A stretch of 64,000 nucleotides of DNA, taken from NCBI GenBank assembly GCA_013265495.1, contig MU057887.1, positions 1,377,985 to 1,441,984 on the forward strand, given 5' to 3'. The position numbers and the translations under genes were made by a program. This DNA is from Vicugna vicugna (taxonomy: Eukaryota). Under the pieces are notes generated by a model, which ran no database searches, had not been told where the DNA came from, and was given only the letters and a program-made list of their open reading frames with translations. Every line of letters begins with the position of its first letter. Within the stretch, counting starts at the first letter, position 1. Shown here one piece after another: positions 48,258 through 60,320 of this stretch.

Positions 48258-51200
48258 TCTATTCCACGCATTCTTCCCCTTCCCCTGAAAAGGCTGGCCC
48301 TGGAAGGGTCTGTAGAGCGTGGCGGACAAGCCCCGGGCAGCGCTGGGCCCCTGGGTGAGCAGCGGCCCTGCCAGCCAGGGGGTCTGAAGGTGGAGGCCCC
48401 TCCTTCCTCCTCAGACTGTCTTCCCTACCTTCGTTCTCCAGGCCCAACTCCACCCATCCCTCTGTCCTCAGAATAGGCCCGTTTGCAGATCAGAGACCAC
48501 CAAGGGTCTAGCCAATGAGGGGCTCCCAGCAAGTCCAGAAAGGTGTCTCACCTCCTGGAATTCTCACCCATCTCCGAGACCACTTCTTCAGGGGGTGCGT
48601 CTAGGACACCCAGCATTTAAGTTCTGGTCCCAACGTGAAACATAGCAGTTGAGACAAGCTGACAAGGTACAGACAAGTGAGCTGAAGTCAGGACTTGTGT
48701 TCTGAATTTCAGACATCCAGCCCGTCATCCACAGGTGGAGCGACCCCGAGATCTCCCAGAGAGATGTACAGCAACGGGACAGAGGCCTGGGGGGGTGTCC
48801 TTTCCCGAGGTCAGTCATCTGCAGTGCTTGGAAGGAAGCACTGTGCACACAGCAAGCACTTTTTTCCAAAGATGCCAAAACAGACGCCGACGGAGTCAGG
48901 GCAGCAGCTAGGCGCCCACGATTGGGAGCGGCTCCCGTCCAGCTTCCAGTGCCTGCCATAGTCTGAGGAGAGACTGCAGGCCACTGGGCCCCCACAAAGG
49001 CCACAGTCACCGGCTTCCCTTCAGAGGACAACTGCACACTTCTCTGGGGTGGCCGAGGGGTCCCTACGCTGAGATCCCCAACCAACACTGGCTCTGGCCG
49101 CCACCAGCAGCACCCCACATGCACCAGCCTCCTGTGCTGCCCCCCCGCAGCTGCAGCGGGCCTGTGGATCCCACCTGGTGGCCTCTTCCCACGTCCCCCG
49201 TCACCAGGCCACGCTCTCAGTGCCTCAGCCCAGCTGACCTGTCCCTGACCCTCTCCCCACACCTCACCCTCCATCCAGGCCTCCGGGGCAGCGATCGGGG
49301 CCCTCCCTGCCCCTAACTGGCTGGCTGTGTCGCCTAGCACCCCACTCCCACCGGCCTGGAGTGCTGGGAGCTACCGTCCAGTCAGGTGGGGGTCCCCACT
49401 CCAGGGCGAGGGGTCGTGCTCCCTGCCTCCTTCCCTGCCACATGCCCAGAACCCAACAGCCCGGCACACAGCAGGAGGAGCCCCAAGGCAGACCCGATGA
49501 GGCAGCCTCCTCCCACCGCTGCACGCTGCCTAGTTCCAAGTCCATCCGTCCGTCTGTCCAGGCTGTGGGCTCCTTGGTGGAATGGCCGTGCTGGGGGCGG
49601 CTCAGCGAGTGTCTGTCACCCCGCCTCCTGTCACTGCCCGCTGGCCCTGGCCTGCTGGGCCTCCACTACCACCCGCCAGCCTTAGGCCCCTCGGAGACTC
49701 AGCCCCTCAGCGGGGGATGCTGCTGGCGGGGCTGCCAGTGACCCCTGCACTTTCCCCAGACCACGTCCCTCCTGCCTGCCCAGCAGCCCACAACCCTCAC
49801 AGCCAGCGGCCGTCCTGGCCACCGCCGTGGTCCTGTGAGGGGCCAGCATGGTGCTGGGGACACGCAACGCGTAGAACCAGACCCCTGCTCAAGGGTGGTG
49901 CAGGCGACAGCCAACTGGTTAGCAGGATGTGGGCCGGAGAGCCTGCGCCAAGCAGCGGCACCTCGGGGTCCCGCCCGCCAGCCGCCCCCTGTTGGGAAGC
50001 CCCTGCACGTGGGCCACCCTCCCTCTCCCCCAGGGAGGGCCTCTCCCGGTGGCCCCACGAGCTGCCCCAATGTCCTGGGCATCAAATAGGTCCCCATAGT
50101 ACCTGTGCACGGGGAGGAGTGGGGGGGGCGCCAGCTGGGAATGGGGGTGGGCTCAGACTAGTGGGTGGCTCTGCTCTCTCTCTGCCATCTAGTCATCTGC
50201 TGGGTCACCCGCCCCCACTGGGCCCTGCGGGCCCCTCTACATCCTCCCCTTCCTCCCATAAGAGCCCTTTGTTGTGTGGCATTTCTCGCACTCATGGGCC
50301 CCTCCCCCACAGAGGGCCTCACTTACTTGCCAAATTCCAAGAGTCCCTGATGCCCCCCCGCTCGGGGCAGTGATGCTGGGACCCCAAGGTAGCTGCCGCC
50401 CCGGCCTCTCCCACCGGCCCTGGTTCCAAGAGCCCAGTTCCAAGAGCTCGTTTCCCCTTCAAGGATCCTACGAGTCTCACTCTGGCTGAAATTTAGAAAT
50501 GCCAGATTTCTAGGAATGACCATGTTACACAGTTTATAAATAGCACGTTCCCGTGGTACCGCTGAGGACACGCTGCAGTGTGAGAAAGTGCCGTGAGAGA
50601 CAGATAAGCGTCTGTGACGACGACCGTGCCGGCCAGCCGGGCCTCAGCCACCTGTGCCCCTGGCCCCGGCCCCTGAGTCCAGGGAAGCTCCAGGCTCATT
50701 TCCCATCATTCCTGCCACCGCGACCCCGACCAGGCAGGACAACCCGGTGCCCAGCTGTGTTCTCTGCTCCATTTTAAAGGCATCGACCCAAAGCCAAGTG
50801 GCTCTGGGTGCCCTGTCCCTGTGCCTGGTGTTCCCTCCAGGCCCGATCAGTCTCCAGTGTCCCCAGGGCTACAGGTCCAAGGGTACAGAGCCCCGCTGGG
50901 CAGAACAGCCCTCGGGCAGAGTCCTGGGCGGGATCGGGGCTGGGGGTACCTGCACTGGGGGTTCTAATGTCCATGACATCTGCATGGTGGCCATATCGTC
51001 CCCTTACTGGTGAGGAGACTGGGGCTCAGAGAGGGCGATGAGCCCCCCACATCACACAGCCTCCTCTCCACCCGGGACTGCAGGCAGCACCTCACTGGTT
51101 GCATCCATCAGTCTGCACTGTCTTAACATACCAGCCCCGAGCTGACCCTACCAGACCACACACAGTGACCCCTGAAGGTTTCCCAAGGGCTTCCTGGGTG

Positions 51201-51282
51201 CCAGGGGCTGTGCCAGGCTTGGGGAAGTCAAAGGCAAACCCGACAGACTCCAGGGTTGGCCCCCTGGAGCGGGTGCCCAGCT

Positions 51283-51476
51283 CCAAGGCGGTCGTGTGCC
51301 TGGGGGGCTCAGGGCAGACGTCCAGTGACTGGAGACATTTTTGTTTGTCACGACTTGGGGGGTGGCTACTGGCGCACAGTGGGTGGGGCCAGGGAAGCTG
51401 TTTAGTGTCCCACAGTGCACAGGACAGCCCCCTGTAGAGAGTGACACGGCCTCAAACATCAGTGGGGCTGAGAGGA
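51283..51476 (+). mobile_element. MER20 (hAT-Charlie), near full length
   Basis: ctggagacattttt..ttgtcacgacttgggggg.tggctactggc...ggccagggaagctgttta...cacagtgcacaggacagcccc...ggcctcaaacatcagtggggctgag. Confidence 0.8.
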
Positions 51477-54400
51477 AGAGCACCTCCAGGGGCCGACAGA
51501 CGGCAAACGTGGGGGCGAGATGAAGGGGGGAGCGTGCGGGGGTCCCAAGGAGGGGCTGGGCTCGAGGAAGCCCTCTAAGCAGGGAACACGTGGGGGGCAA
51601 ACACGGGGACACCGGTGGAGGCCCAGCAAGGGGGGCCCAGCAGGCCGTTCGTGGAGTTCCAGGCCCACCCACTGAGACCCGAAGGACCGGCAGGCCAGGC
51701 CGTCCCCGCCTCCATTCAGCCCGACGCCCCCCATGGGGCACAGGTGACAAAGCTGGGGCTTTACATCTCCTCCGGCAAGGCCACTCCTCGTGGCCAGTGC
51801 GTGGGCTGGGTTGGAGGGGGAGCCCTGCGTCCTGGCCATGGGCCGGGGGCTGTGCGGGGGCGGGGGGTGCTTTCCAGGGCGGATGGTGACAGATATACGG
51901 GCTCCAACCCTGGGCAGCTGCACCAGCTCTGAACCCTCTGCACACAGCAGGAAAGGCAGGCCTCTGGGTGGCTCCCCTCGGAGTCTGTCTCTGGCCTGTA
52001 AGGGTGAGGTCATCCAAGCTCTGGCCTCTGGTGTGAAGTAAACACATCATTTTTTAAAGCAAGGGATCCGAGTGTAAGCATTTCAGGAAACAGTTCGTTC
52101 CAAGGAGCCTGCAACTCCCCCTTCCCAGGGGTTCCCCTTGCAGGTAACTAAAGCGAGCCGGACACACAGACCGTCCTTCAGGGCCCCACTGTCCCTGGAC
52201 AAAGGGACAGCTCTTCAGGGCAAGGGCCCCAGAGGTGCCTCCCTGAAAGTTCCATCGCCATGGCAACCCTGCCCCTCTGGAGACGACCGGCGGAGACCAG
52301 GATGAAGGCCGCCTGCCTTCCTCCTCGCAGACACGCGGCCCGGAGAACAGGCGGCAAGAGCAGCGGGAGAAGACGGAGTCTCGGTCCAGGGAGGTGGCCC
52401 TGGGCTCAGGGTCGGGGCGACTCCCTGCTGTCTCCCTTGCCGCCTTTCGGTACTGGAAAAAGTTTGAGCGTGCTCTTCGAGCAAGCGAAAACGTGCTTGA
52501 TTCCGAAAAGCAAATTCTCTTAATAGCCCACAGTAAAGCTTTAAAAAATGAAGCACACCCAGCGCTGCCTTCTCCACGGTCTGCCTGCTCAGCAGTTGTC
52601 AGATCTGGGCACTGAAGGAGGGATGGAAATACAGTTAGTATGAGGGGGGTGCACAGGCCACGAGCACAGCCGGGTGCTCCCCGCAGGCCCCAGGGGCCGG
52701 CCCTCCAGGTCCACCAGCCATCAGCTCAGATCAGCTCGCACCCAAGGCTCTTCAGTCCCAACTTGGACAGCGTGTGCCACATGTCAGCCTCCCGGGCAGA
52801 GCACGATACGGAGTAAACCTTTGCCTTAGCATCGTATTAGCTATGCTAAGTTTCTCTGGCACACGGTCATTTATTCATTCAACAAGCACTGACGCTGCCT
52901 TCACCTTGAGCTGAGCATCCAAGGCAGAGAGATCTCAGGGCAGTGGAGCTGACACTTCGCAGTGCCATGCCCCCCGAGGGCCCTTAAGGCCTAATGGGGC
53001 ACCCCGGGGGGACACTGAGGGCAGACAGCAGAGGGACCAGGGGAGCAGGTGGGCAGAGGGCTGGGGGCCCGTGAGGGCACCTCCCAGGTGTGGGGCAGCA
53101 CCAGGATGAGTCGCCTTTCCCGCTGACCAGCGGGCACCCTCAGTGACCACGCTGCAGCCCCAGGCCCTGGCCGCCTCTGAGAGTGTCTCCTGGCCGTTAG
53201 GTGTAGCTCCCCAGCTCGCTGCTCGAGGCTCAGCCCAGGCACTGGGTAAGACCGCCCCGCAGCTGGCCACATGCCTGTGGGGTGACGGGTTCCTCTCCTC
53301 CTCCCTCAGCATCACCTACTTCAATTCCGCCAGGACACATGCGCTCCAGGGAGGCACGAGTCATTTCCGCCCTGAGGTCCCTGAGCTGGCCCGAGCCTGG
53401 CCCGGATCCCAGTCCCCAGCCCGACGGCCCCCAGGCTGCCAGGAGGCAGGCACTCGGAGAGCAGCTGTGTCTAACTGCTGGTTTTATTCTCTGTAGGTCA
53501 GACAACACAGGGGAGACAGTGTCTGTCGGTCACTTTGGGCGAAACAATGTGGAAGTCTGCAAGTCCAAAATGTGGATTTTTGTCTCCTTTTTTCATCTCT
53601 TTGCAGTACTGAGTTAGGTTTTTCAGGATGCCTAGGTCAGCTGGCGTCCTTGTCCGCACCAGGACGTCCGATGCCTTACACAGAAACATCCACATGGACG
53701 TGGGGGTCGTTCAACACCCTCAGGCTCCGGCCTGAGCACTTCAGGCCACCCTCCACCCCATGAACACGGCCACAGTCGTTTAGGTGTCCCGTGCCCGGGC
53801 CTCAGCTCACAGCTCGGCCTGCAGCACGATGAGCCTCGGGCTGTGGTGCTGACTCCCTGAGTCATCCCCACCCGGTCAACGAGAGCGAGTCGCTGCAGGA
53901 AAAATTGGAGCTCCATTCCACCTTCAGGGGCCTGCCCATACCCGCCAGCCCCTCAGCCCCCCAGCCCCCTAGCCCTCCAGCCCTCCAGCTCAGCAGGTCA
54001 GTGCCCAGTGCTGCTCTGGGCCGCCAGTGTCCACTCCAAACACCCTACCTCGAGTATGTGTCACCTTCAGAACTCAGGCCGCGGTCACACACCCACCCCA
54101 CGGGCAGGGACCCATGTGGACACCCTCCACACTGTGGTCTCACCTGTCCATCCCCTCAGGGGCCCACGCGCTCCCGTGATGCCCGGTGGGCCTCCTTCCC
54201 CCACCAACCCCGGGGAGCACCCAGTTGGAATGGTTCATTTTATGATTTCCTGTGAAAAGTTCTGCTGCTAAAGAAATGTCCTGAGTCACTGACTCCTGGG
54301 TGGCGTGGACAGCCCAGAGAAGGTGGCCACCTGTCCCCACGGAGCAGAGGCAGAGATGGAGGGAATGGGGGAGCAGGTTTTGCTTCCAGCTCTGATTCCC

Positions 54401-56165
54401 TGAGTCAATTTCATTTCTGTTTGAAATACCTAGAGTGACTAATGTTTCCCCAAATGGACGCTGAGTGGTTCATCTAACTAATAAACTTAGCTTTTCAAAA
54501 GCAGGGAAGTCTAGAGAACACCTTGGAAAATCAGCTTTCCTGTGTCCAGTGCTAGCCCTCCCCCTCCAGAAATACACTCACCCAGACTGGCCTCACCAGC
54601 ACCCCATGGGCGCGGCGTCTATGAAGCAGGCCGGCAGGCACACGTGCCAAGTTCTGGGATGTTGATGGGCCGAAGGTGGCCACAAGTTCACAGGAAGGAC
54701 ATCTCGCTGAGACCCAGGCTGCCCAGGAGGACAAGGCCTTGACTTGCAGAGGTGACTCGCACAGCAGGAGGAGCAGGCCTGACACGGGGCGGACGGAGCA
54801 CCAAGGCATACAGAAGATGCTCACGGGAGGCCGGTGGACAGCAGGGGCCAGCATCTGTCCCATGAGCAAGTGCCCCGAGGTGGGGATCCCGGGTGACCCA
54901 GCTCTGGGAACTCGCTGGCCAGTGCCACTGGGCCAGGCCAGGTCTCCAGGAGCTGGTGCCGTCAGAGCTGAGGCTGAGACCCTGGGAGGTGGGGCCCTGG
55001 GGTGGGGCGTGGGAGGCAGAATTCCGTTTATGAACAAGGTCTGAAAGCTGAATAAAGCCTCAGGCGCAGACACATCTGCTTAGTCCAGGTGGGCGGGGTA
55101 GGAGGCAGGTAGGGGGCGGGGCTACACTCTGGATAAGCCCAGAGGCAGGCAGGCTACCAGGTGGGCAGCACTCAGGACAGCACGCAGGAGGGGAGGATAC
55201 AAGACAATTCCAGAAGACCCATCTGACAGAGGGCAAGCTGTGGGCAGGCCTGTGGCTCTGGACGGGGCACCCTGGGCCGCAGATCCAAATGTGAGTCATG
55301 AGGCCCGAGGATGCAGATGGAGTCCAGAGCATCATGTGAGACAGACTGTCAGGCTAGGGGACATCGAGGTGACCATCCGGCCTGCTCTGCCTGAGACTTG
55401 CTCCCTTGGAGCATGGGGTCCCACGGTGACTCCGGTGCCAGCAGAGAGGCGGCCAGCAAAGAGCAAGGTGGAGACCCAAAGTTGTGTCTCCGGCTCTCAG
55501 GGCAGAAGCTCCAGCTCAGCCCCTGCAGACAAGCAGGGGTCCCTGGTCCTTGCCTCCAGCACCCCAGAGCCCCCAGCGGCACAGACCCCATGAGAATGAA
55601 GTGGACACCTGCCTCCCTCCCCGCCAGACAGTCCACCACCGCTCTGCTAACAGCAACCAGTCCTGACCCATCAGCATTGCCAAGGCTACTGATTTAACAG
55701 TATCTTTTCAGACATCAATAAAGTAAACCAAAAACTATCCAAGTCGGGGTGATGAAAACGCTGGGAACTAGCCAGGATGATGGCTGCAGGGCACTGAGAA
55801 TGTCCCCAGTGCCACTGGGCGGTCCACTTCACGGCGGCTAGGCTGCGGGCTATTACGGTCAGTAAATTGCAGTGCGCACGCACACGTGTGCAAACACGGT
55901 AAACGAGACTGGCCTCGGGAATCACAACCCCAGGCAACTGAGTTCGTTTAACCCGTGCTACTGGCTGGCAGCACTGAAGGCTTCCGCCCTAAAAGCACCT
56001 GTGAAGCCGACCCAGAGAACAGCACCAGACAGCACCCACCGACTGTGGTGACGCAAGTGTGAGACCTTGTGAAATGACACCGCAGGGAAAGACACACGGA
56101 GAAGCTCTTCTCTGCAGCAGGATTCCTCCTCCATCCTCTCTGCCTCTCGCCAGCTGGCAGTGTGT

Positions 56166-56334
56166 ATTTTTTTCCAGATATTCTTTTTTTTTTTGGAGGG
56201 GGAGAGGTAATTAGGTTTATTTACCTATTTCATTTATCTAGTTTTTGTAATGGAGGTACTGGGGACAGAACCCAGGACCTCGTGCATGCTGTGCATGCTA
56301 AGCATGTGCCCTACCGCTAAGCTACACCCTCCCC
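56166..56334 (-). mobile_element. tRNA-derived SINE (Vic-1-like) with an internal 9-bp duplication
   Basis: gaggtaattaggtttattt...tggaggtactggggacagaacccaggacctc gtgcatgct gtgcatgct aagc...gctacaccctcccc. Confidence 0.88.
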
Positions 56335-57100
56335 GCCTCGCACAGTGTTTAAAAACAAACTCAGGACACAGGTCACACCCCAGGGCTGCACCAGGAAGCC
56401 GTGTGCTCACCATTGCACAGCCCCTCCCTGCTTCCCAAATCTACCTGCCACGACTGCTGGAATCCCACTCAAACCTGCATCACCGCCGGGTGAGCCTCGT
56501 GACGCCCTCTTTGGTTGTAAAGCAGGGCTTAGAGGGGAAAGACCCGGAGGCTGGGATCATCCGCTCCAGAGGGCGCAGTCGCAGAGACTTGCTGGTTCTG
56601 GGGTAGCAGGCTGGAGGGCGTCCTGGCCGAGCCGGCCCTCGCCCATGGGGCCATGACACAGAGGGAGACAGAAACCCCTCCCAGGGCCCCCGGCTGCAGA
56701 AGAATGAGCAGCCACAAACCAGTTTGGCCCTGAAGGAGGCTGATCAGTTCTCACATTGTCCCAAATGCACTTTTGGTTCAAAAAATGGCAGGTCAATGAG
56801 GGACAGAAACAAGGGGAGGGGAAAGAGGGATCTGGCAGCAAACACAATGGCTTTCCCAGCCAGACGGGGGACATGGACAGCTGTCCCCACCCTGGAGCCC
56901 TCAGCTTCCTGCCTTCAGGGCCACCTCCGCCTGGTTTTCCCCCAAAACTGACTCCTGTCCTTTTCTATTTAGCAGCAAATGGCTAAATAGTCCGGGCACA
57001 GAACCACCGGCCCCCAACCCCACTTCCTCGGGTACATTTGTTCTGCAGTGAGGTGTCCTCACACACATATGCCGTAACTCATTGCACTGGACTGCCTGTC

Positions 57101-57102
<2 letters not shown>

Positions 57103-57131
<29 letters not shown>
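57103..57131. repeat. (CA)n microsatellite
   Basis: Pure ca run seen directly. Confidence 0.95.
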
Positions 57132-57136
<5 letters not shown>

Positions 57137-57353
57137 ACACGCACCCCTGACCTCCGACGGCCACATGACGGATACATAGGAAATCTCTCAGAACAATAAA
57201 CCTTAATTTTTTCCATCTCTCTTCTTTGAAGGTTTGGGGGAGCGTTCAACGACACATTAGAAAATTTTCCATGCTTAGAAGAGAGGCCAAGTTGAAAAGG
57301 CGACTCCCAGGGCACAAGGCGCAAAAGGCAAAGCAGGAGCGCTGTCACCTCCA

Positions 57354-57490
57354 GCGGGGCGGCCGGGGTGCGGCGCTGGCCTAGCGCACACAGGGTGCTG
57401 GGTTCGCCCGCCACTGCCTCCATCAAAATAATAACAATAACAAATAAACCTTATTACCTCCCCCGACAGAAAAAAAGATTTAAAAAAAAA
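57354..57490 (+). mobile_element. Diverged, GC-shifted tRNA-derived SINE (Vic-1-like)
   Basis: 3' part aaataaaccttattacctccccc + A tail matches the other copies; the head is still alignable (ctagcgcacacagggtgctgggttcgcccgccactgcctcc). Confidence 0.7.
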
Positions 57491-57847
57491 CAGGCTCAAC
57501 TGCCCCCAACACCTCTCTTCTGTTTACTGCACACACGCTCCCCCTCCTTCCCCAGGCGCGAGCATGGCCACGCGGCCCAGAGGCCCCTGTGATCTCCTAA
57601 ACGATTCAGAGTTAGGAGCCTGTGTGAACACAACCAACAAGGACTCTTATCCGGCATGATGTGCAGAGGAGTTTGGGGGAAGAGAGAGTAGAAGGCAGGG
57701 TCCGGATGGGTCACTACAATAAGGGAGACCCGTGCGCATTCCAGGTGCTCGGGTGGGCAAACTGTGGGTCCCTCTGGGAAAGCAGGCCTCCATCACTGAT
57801 TTCACACAAAGAAATCAAGAGTGATGGGCGTGAGTTTGAAGGCAGGT

Positions 57848-58768
57848 GCTGTGGGTTGAACTGTGTCCCCAGAAAGATAGGTCCAAGTCCTAACTCCTGG
57901 TACCTGTGAGCATGACCTCATTTGGAAATAGGGTCTTTGCAGATGTAATGAAGACACAAATTAAGATGAGGTCACGAAGCATGGAAGCCACATAAATGTC
58001 CATTGACAGCTGACTGGATAATGAAGCTGTGGTGTATACATGCAATGGAATACTACTTGGCCATGAAAAAGAATGAAATCATGCCATTTGTAGCAACATG
58101 GCTGGGCCTGGAGATCATCATTCTAAGAGAAGAAAGCCAGAAAGAGGAAAAAAAATACCATATGATATCACTCATATGTGGAATCTAAAAAAAAGAGAGA
58201 CACTAATGAACTCATCTATAAAACAGAAACAGACTCACAAACATAAAAAGCAAACTTATGGTTATCAGAGGGGAAAGGGACTACTATATATAAAATAGAT
58301 AAACAACAAGTTTACACTGTGTAGCACAAGGAACTGTATTCAATACCTTGCAGTAGCCTATAATGAAAAAGAACATGAAAAGGAATACACGTATGTTCAC
58401 GTATGACTGAAACATGATGCTGTGCACCAGAAATTGACACAACATTGTAAACTGACTATACTTCAATTAAAAAAAAAAAAGATGGAGGGCCCTAAATTCA
58501 ACAGGATGGGAGTTCTTACTCAGGAGAAGACACACCAACACACAGGGAGGAGGCCAGGTGACAACAGAGGCAGGCAGACCAGGGTGACGCAGCCACAAGC
58601 CAAGGAGCCTGGCAGCCCCCAGGAGAGGCAGGAAGGACCCTCCCCTGCAGCTTCAGAGGGAGCTCCTGGGGACACCTTGGTTTCTCGGCCTTCACACTGA
58701 GAGAGGAAATGACCATTGTTTTAAGGCACTGGTTTGTGGAACCATCACAGCAGCCCCTGGAGACTGAC
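57848..58768 (+). mobile_element. MaLR solo LTR (MLT1-type) split by an L1 insertion
   Basis: tgtgggttgaactgtgtcccc...tttggaaatagggtctttgcagatgtaat..ttaagatgaggtca, then after the insertion gggccctaaattca...gccacaagccaagga...tgttttaaggcact...acagcagccc. Confidence 0.85.
57980..58480 (+). mobile_element. 5'-truncated L1 with poly(A)
   Basis: aaatgtccattgacag...gccatgaaaaagaatgaaatcatgccatttgtagcaacatgg...cattgtaaactgactatacttcaatt + A-tail. Confidence 0.92.
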
Positions 58769-59089
58769 CCAGCAGGTCTGTAACCCTAAGGGACTGACTC
58801 TCACTCAGTCTAGTATCCAGCCCCTCTCAAGTCCCTTGGCTTCCTAGGAGGCTGGAATTAAGCCCGGGTTGCAGCCTGTAAAAGTCTGCAAGTGACGTGG
58901 AACCTTCCAGAGGGAGCACAGAGAGGGCTGGGCAGGGCGAGGAACTTGCAGCTAAGATCCTCTGTGCACAGCCCAGGCAAAGCTCCAGAGGAAACCGCCA
59001 GGCAGTGGACATGCCCAGCTGGAACCTCACATGGGATGGTCCAGAGCAACCCCAAGACACTGTGTAAATCTTTGCCCAGACCCAGACCT

Positions 59090-60320
59090 TGGAGGGCACG
59101 TGTACAAACGTCTGTTCAAGACCTGACTTTCCCTTCTTTTGGGTGTACACCCATAAGTGGAATTTCTGGATCCTATGGCAAACCTATGTTCAATTTACTG
59201 AGGAACCACCCACTGTTTTCCCCAGCAACTGCACCATTGTACAATCCCAGCTGTGCACAAGGGCGTCAACTTCTCCACAACCTCGCCAACACTGTTTTGC
59301 TTTTAACACCTTTATTGTGGTATGATTCCTGTACAGTAAACTACACATATTTCAGATGTACATCTTGATGAATTCTGATAGATGTCTACACCCAGGAAAC
59401 CACCGCCACAATCAAGACAGCTAACATTCCATCACTCAAGAGGTGCAAATTTCGAATTCCCAGTTTATTCCTTCCCACCCCCTTTACCCACTGGAAACCA
59501 TAAGTCTGTTCTCTATGTCTGTGAGTCTGTTTCTCTTTTGTAGGTAAGTTTATTTGTGTCCTTTTTTTTTTAGATTCTACGTATAAGTGATATCATATGG
59601 TATTTTTCTTTGTCTTTCTGGCTTACTTCACTTAGAATGGCAATCTCCAGGTCCATCCATGTTGCTGCAAATGGCATTATTTTATTTGGTTGAGTAGTAT
59701 TCCATTGCATAAGTATACCACAGCTTCTTTATCCAGTCATGGACATTTGATGTTATTTCCACATCTTGGCTATTGTAAACAGTGCTACTGTGAACACTGG
59801 GGTGCATGCATGTCTTTTTGAATTATGTTTTCCTCTGGATATATGCCCAGGAGTGGGATTCCTGGATCATATGGTAAGTCTATTTTAGTATTTTAAGGAA
59901 CCTCCATGCTGTCTTCCGTAGTGGCTGCACTAATTTACATTCTGACCAACAGTGTAGGAGGGTTCCCTTTTCTCCACACCCTCTCCAGCATTTATCACTT
60001 GTGGACTCTTTAATGATGGCCATTCTGACTGATGTGAGGAGATACCTCCTTGTACTTTGGTTTTGTTTTTATAACAGCCACCCTAAGACGGGAGGTGGTG
60101 TCCCCCACGGTTCTGATTTGCATTTCCCTAATGAGCCGAGATGCTGAGCATCCTTCCATGTGCCTGTTAACGGTCTGTCTCTCTTCTTTGGAAAAATGTC
60201 CATCAGGCCCTTTGCCCATTTTTAAATCAGGGTGTTTGTTTCTCTGCTGCTGAGCTGCTGGACTTCCTTCCATATTCTGGACAGTAACCTCTTATCAGAC
60301 ACAGGATTTGAGAATACTTC
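59090..60320 (-). mobile_element. Nested L1 cluster: older L1 pieces flanking a younger L1 (~59443-60050)
   Basis: gggtgtacacccataagtggaatttctggatcctatgg (old); tgcaaatttcgaattcccagttt...ttaatgatggccattctgactg (young); ctgatttgcatttccctaatg...ggaaaaatgtccatcagg (old). Confidence 0.85.
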
